From the NCBI GenBank assembly GCA_964270895.1, contig OZ185446.1: a DNA stretch of 64,000 nucleotides. The stretch is one strand, 5' to 3'. The notes under the pieces were generated by a model, which searched no databases, was not told where the DNA came from, and worked only from the letters and a program-made list of their open reading frames with translations. Every line of letters starts with the position of its first letter. Position 1 is the stretch's first letter. Shown here piece after piece: positions 62,651-64,000 of the stretch. The stretch comes from Podarcis filfolensis (Eukaryota). Position numbers and translations under genes: made by a program.

Positions 62651-62730
62651 GCAATCCTATGTATGTGTGTTCAGAACTAGTCCCATTAGTTCAGTGTGAC
62701 TTACTCCTAGGTAAGTGTACGTAGGATTGC
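62651..62730. repeat. ~80-bp hairpin repeat, best-preserved copy of the GCAATCCTATG family
   Basis: Termini GCAATCCTATGTA / TACGTAGGATTGC, 12/13 complementary. Confidence 0.7.
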
Positions 62731-63789
62731 AGCCTGTGAGCTGTAGTTCTGAATCAGTAGACAGGATACAGAGGACTGAGTGGGTTAGCTCGAGATGCAC
62801 GGCCAATAAAAACACACTACTCTGTATTTCATTCCCAGAAATGTGCCTGTTTGCAGTACTACTTAGTTCAGGAGCTTTAATAATTGTATAGTTCTCATGA
62901 TCACATTTACTGGTTTAAAACAAGTATTTATTATTCAGGAAGACCTCTGGAAATGATAAGTAACTAGGAGATTCCTAAATTTCCTTTCAGCAGGCTTAAG
63001 AAAGATTCACTAAAATCTTTTGGTGAATGGCCTGGTAGTCATCTGGCAGGATAAAGATAGTATGTCATATCATGGCTGATGCTCACATTCAATTTTGGCA
63101 TGGTAAGATCATCACCATGTTCTCCTTTTTTTTTTATCTCATCGGTTTGGAGTGGCCTGTATATTTTCCTGGAAAGAGTATCAAGGGTAAAGCTTGAGAA
63201 CTAGCTCCTTAACATACCCTGTCAACTGTCAAAAGTGAATTCATAAGAATTTTTCACTGTGTGAGATTGGTGAGCTTATATCACCATGCCCACAACAATT
63301 CATGTGGAAATAGAATATGTAGAAATTAGTATTCAGAATGACCTTGGCATAGTTGACCTTTGTCTCGTACAACTCTCTGAGCTCTCATCTGGGAGCTTTC
63401 CTTTCTTCTTCCAGTCTCCTATCCTGGGATATCTTCCTTTCTCTGCCTCTCACACAGGGTCTTTCACCTGCCAACCATCACATTTTTTGTGTTATGAAAA
63501 GAAACTAAAATGTAGAATTGTAGATGGAGACTCAGGGAATGGTACAGGTGACAAAACAGGTGCATTTCTGACTTTCCCCCCATTTGTATGCATTTGAACA
63601 TGTAAAAGACAGAAGCAGTAAACATGATCACCAAATATCTGTGAATATTCTGTGTTACTTTGGTTCAGATTTTAATATTTATTGGTCATTATAGTGATCT
63701 GATTCATTTTTTTAAAAAAATGCTACAAAACTCAACCCTTCGGTTGAGCAATTAAATGTCTTGTGTGTAAATTATCATGTTGGATTAAA

Positions 63790-63917
63790 GCAGATGTGGG
63801 AATCCTGTGACTCCAGATGCTGGACTCCCATCAGCCCCAGCTGGCACACTCAGTGGCCAGGGATGATTGGAGTTCTACTGCAACAGCATCTGAAAGACCA
63901 CAGGTTCCACACTCTTG
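63790..63917. mobile_element. Short hAT-type MITE, degraded
   Basis: TGTGGGAATCCTGTGACTCCAGATGCTG / CAGCATCTGAAAGACCACAGGTTCCACA imperfect arms. Confidence 0.6.
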
Positions 63918-64000
63918 GATTAGATAATGCATTTCGAATGTGAAATTGATTAAGGAGGCTCAAAAGCCTTGAGAGCTTGCAGGTCAAAGCTCTGGTGACT

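Noticed and set aside
49244-64000. Next CDK6 exon (expected DMMFQLL…HRDLKPQN)
   Set aside because: Not found in the ORF track or by eye; it presumably lies beyond the window.

Overview
Vertebrate genomic DNA, most likely from a lacertid-type lizard, inferred from young Sauria/Squam1 SINEs with (ACCTTT)n tails, BovB and squamate MITEs. The only host protein-coding gene is the 5' part of CDK6 on the + strand. It has a CpG-island promoter (~17.6-20.0 kb), an ATG-bearing exon (CDS 28548-28780, 233 nt) and the next exon (49108-49243, 136 nt); the following intron runs off the window. The rest is intergenic or intronic DNA dense in transposable elements: BovB, L1, CR1, L2, RTE, an RTE-X-like piece, two solo LTRs, tRNA-derived SINEs, MIR-like cores and hAT/Tigger/Mariner/Harbinger-like MITEs. 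I found no prokaryotic system, CRISPR array, viral gene or true tRNA/rRNA gene. The most unusual signals are (i) a degenerate array of a ~17-bp motif with AT-rich spacers at the upstream edge of the CDK6 promoter, (ii) a five-element nested insertion stack at 0.6-3.7 kb, (iii) a MITE packed with near-perfect palindromes, and (iv) a CDK6 start exon lying ~8 kb outside the CpG island with a short uORF. All comparisons to other species and family names are from memory; no database search was run.
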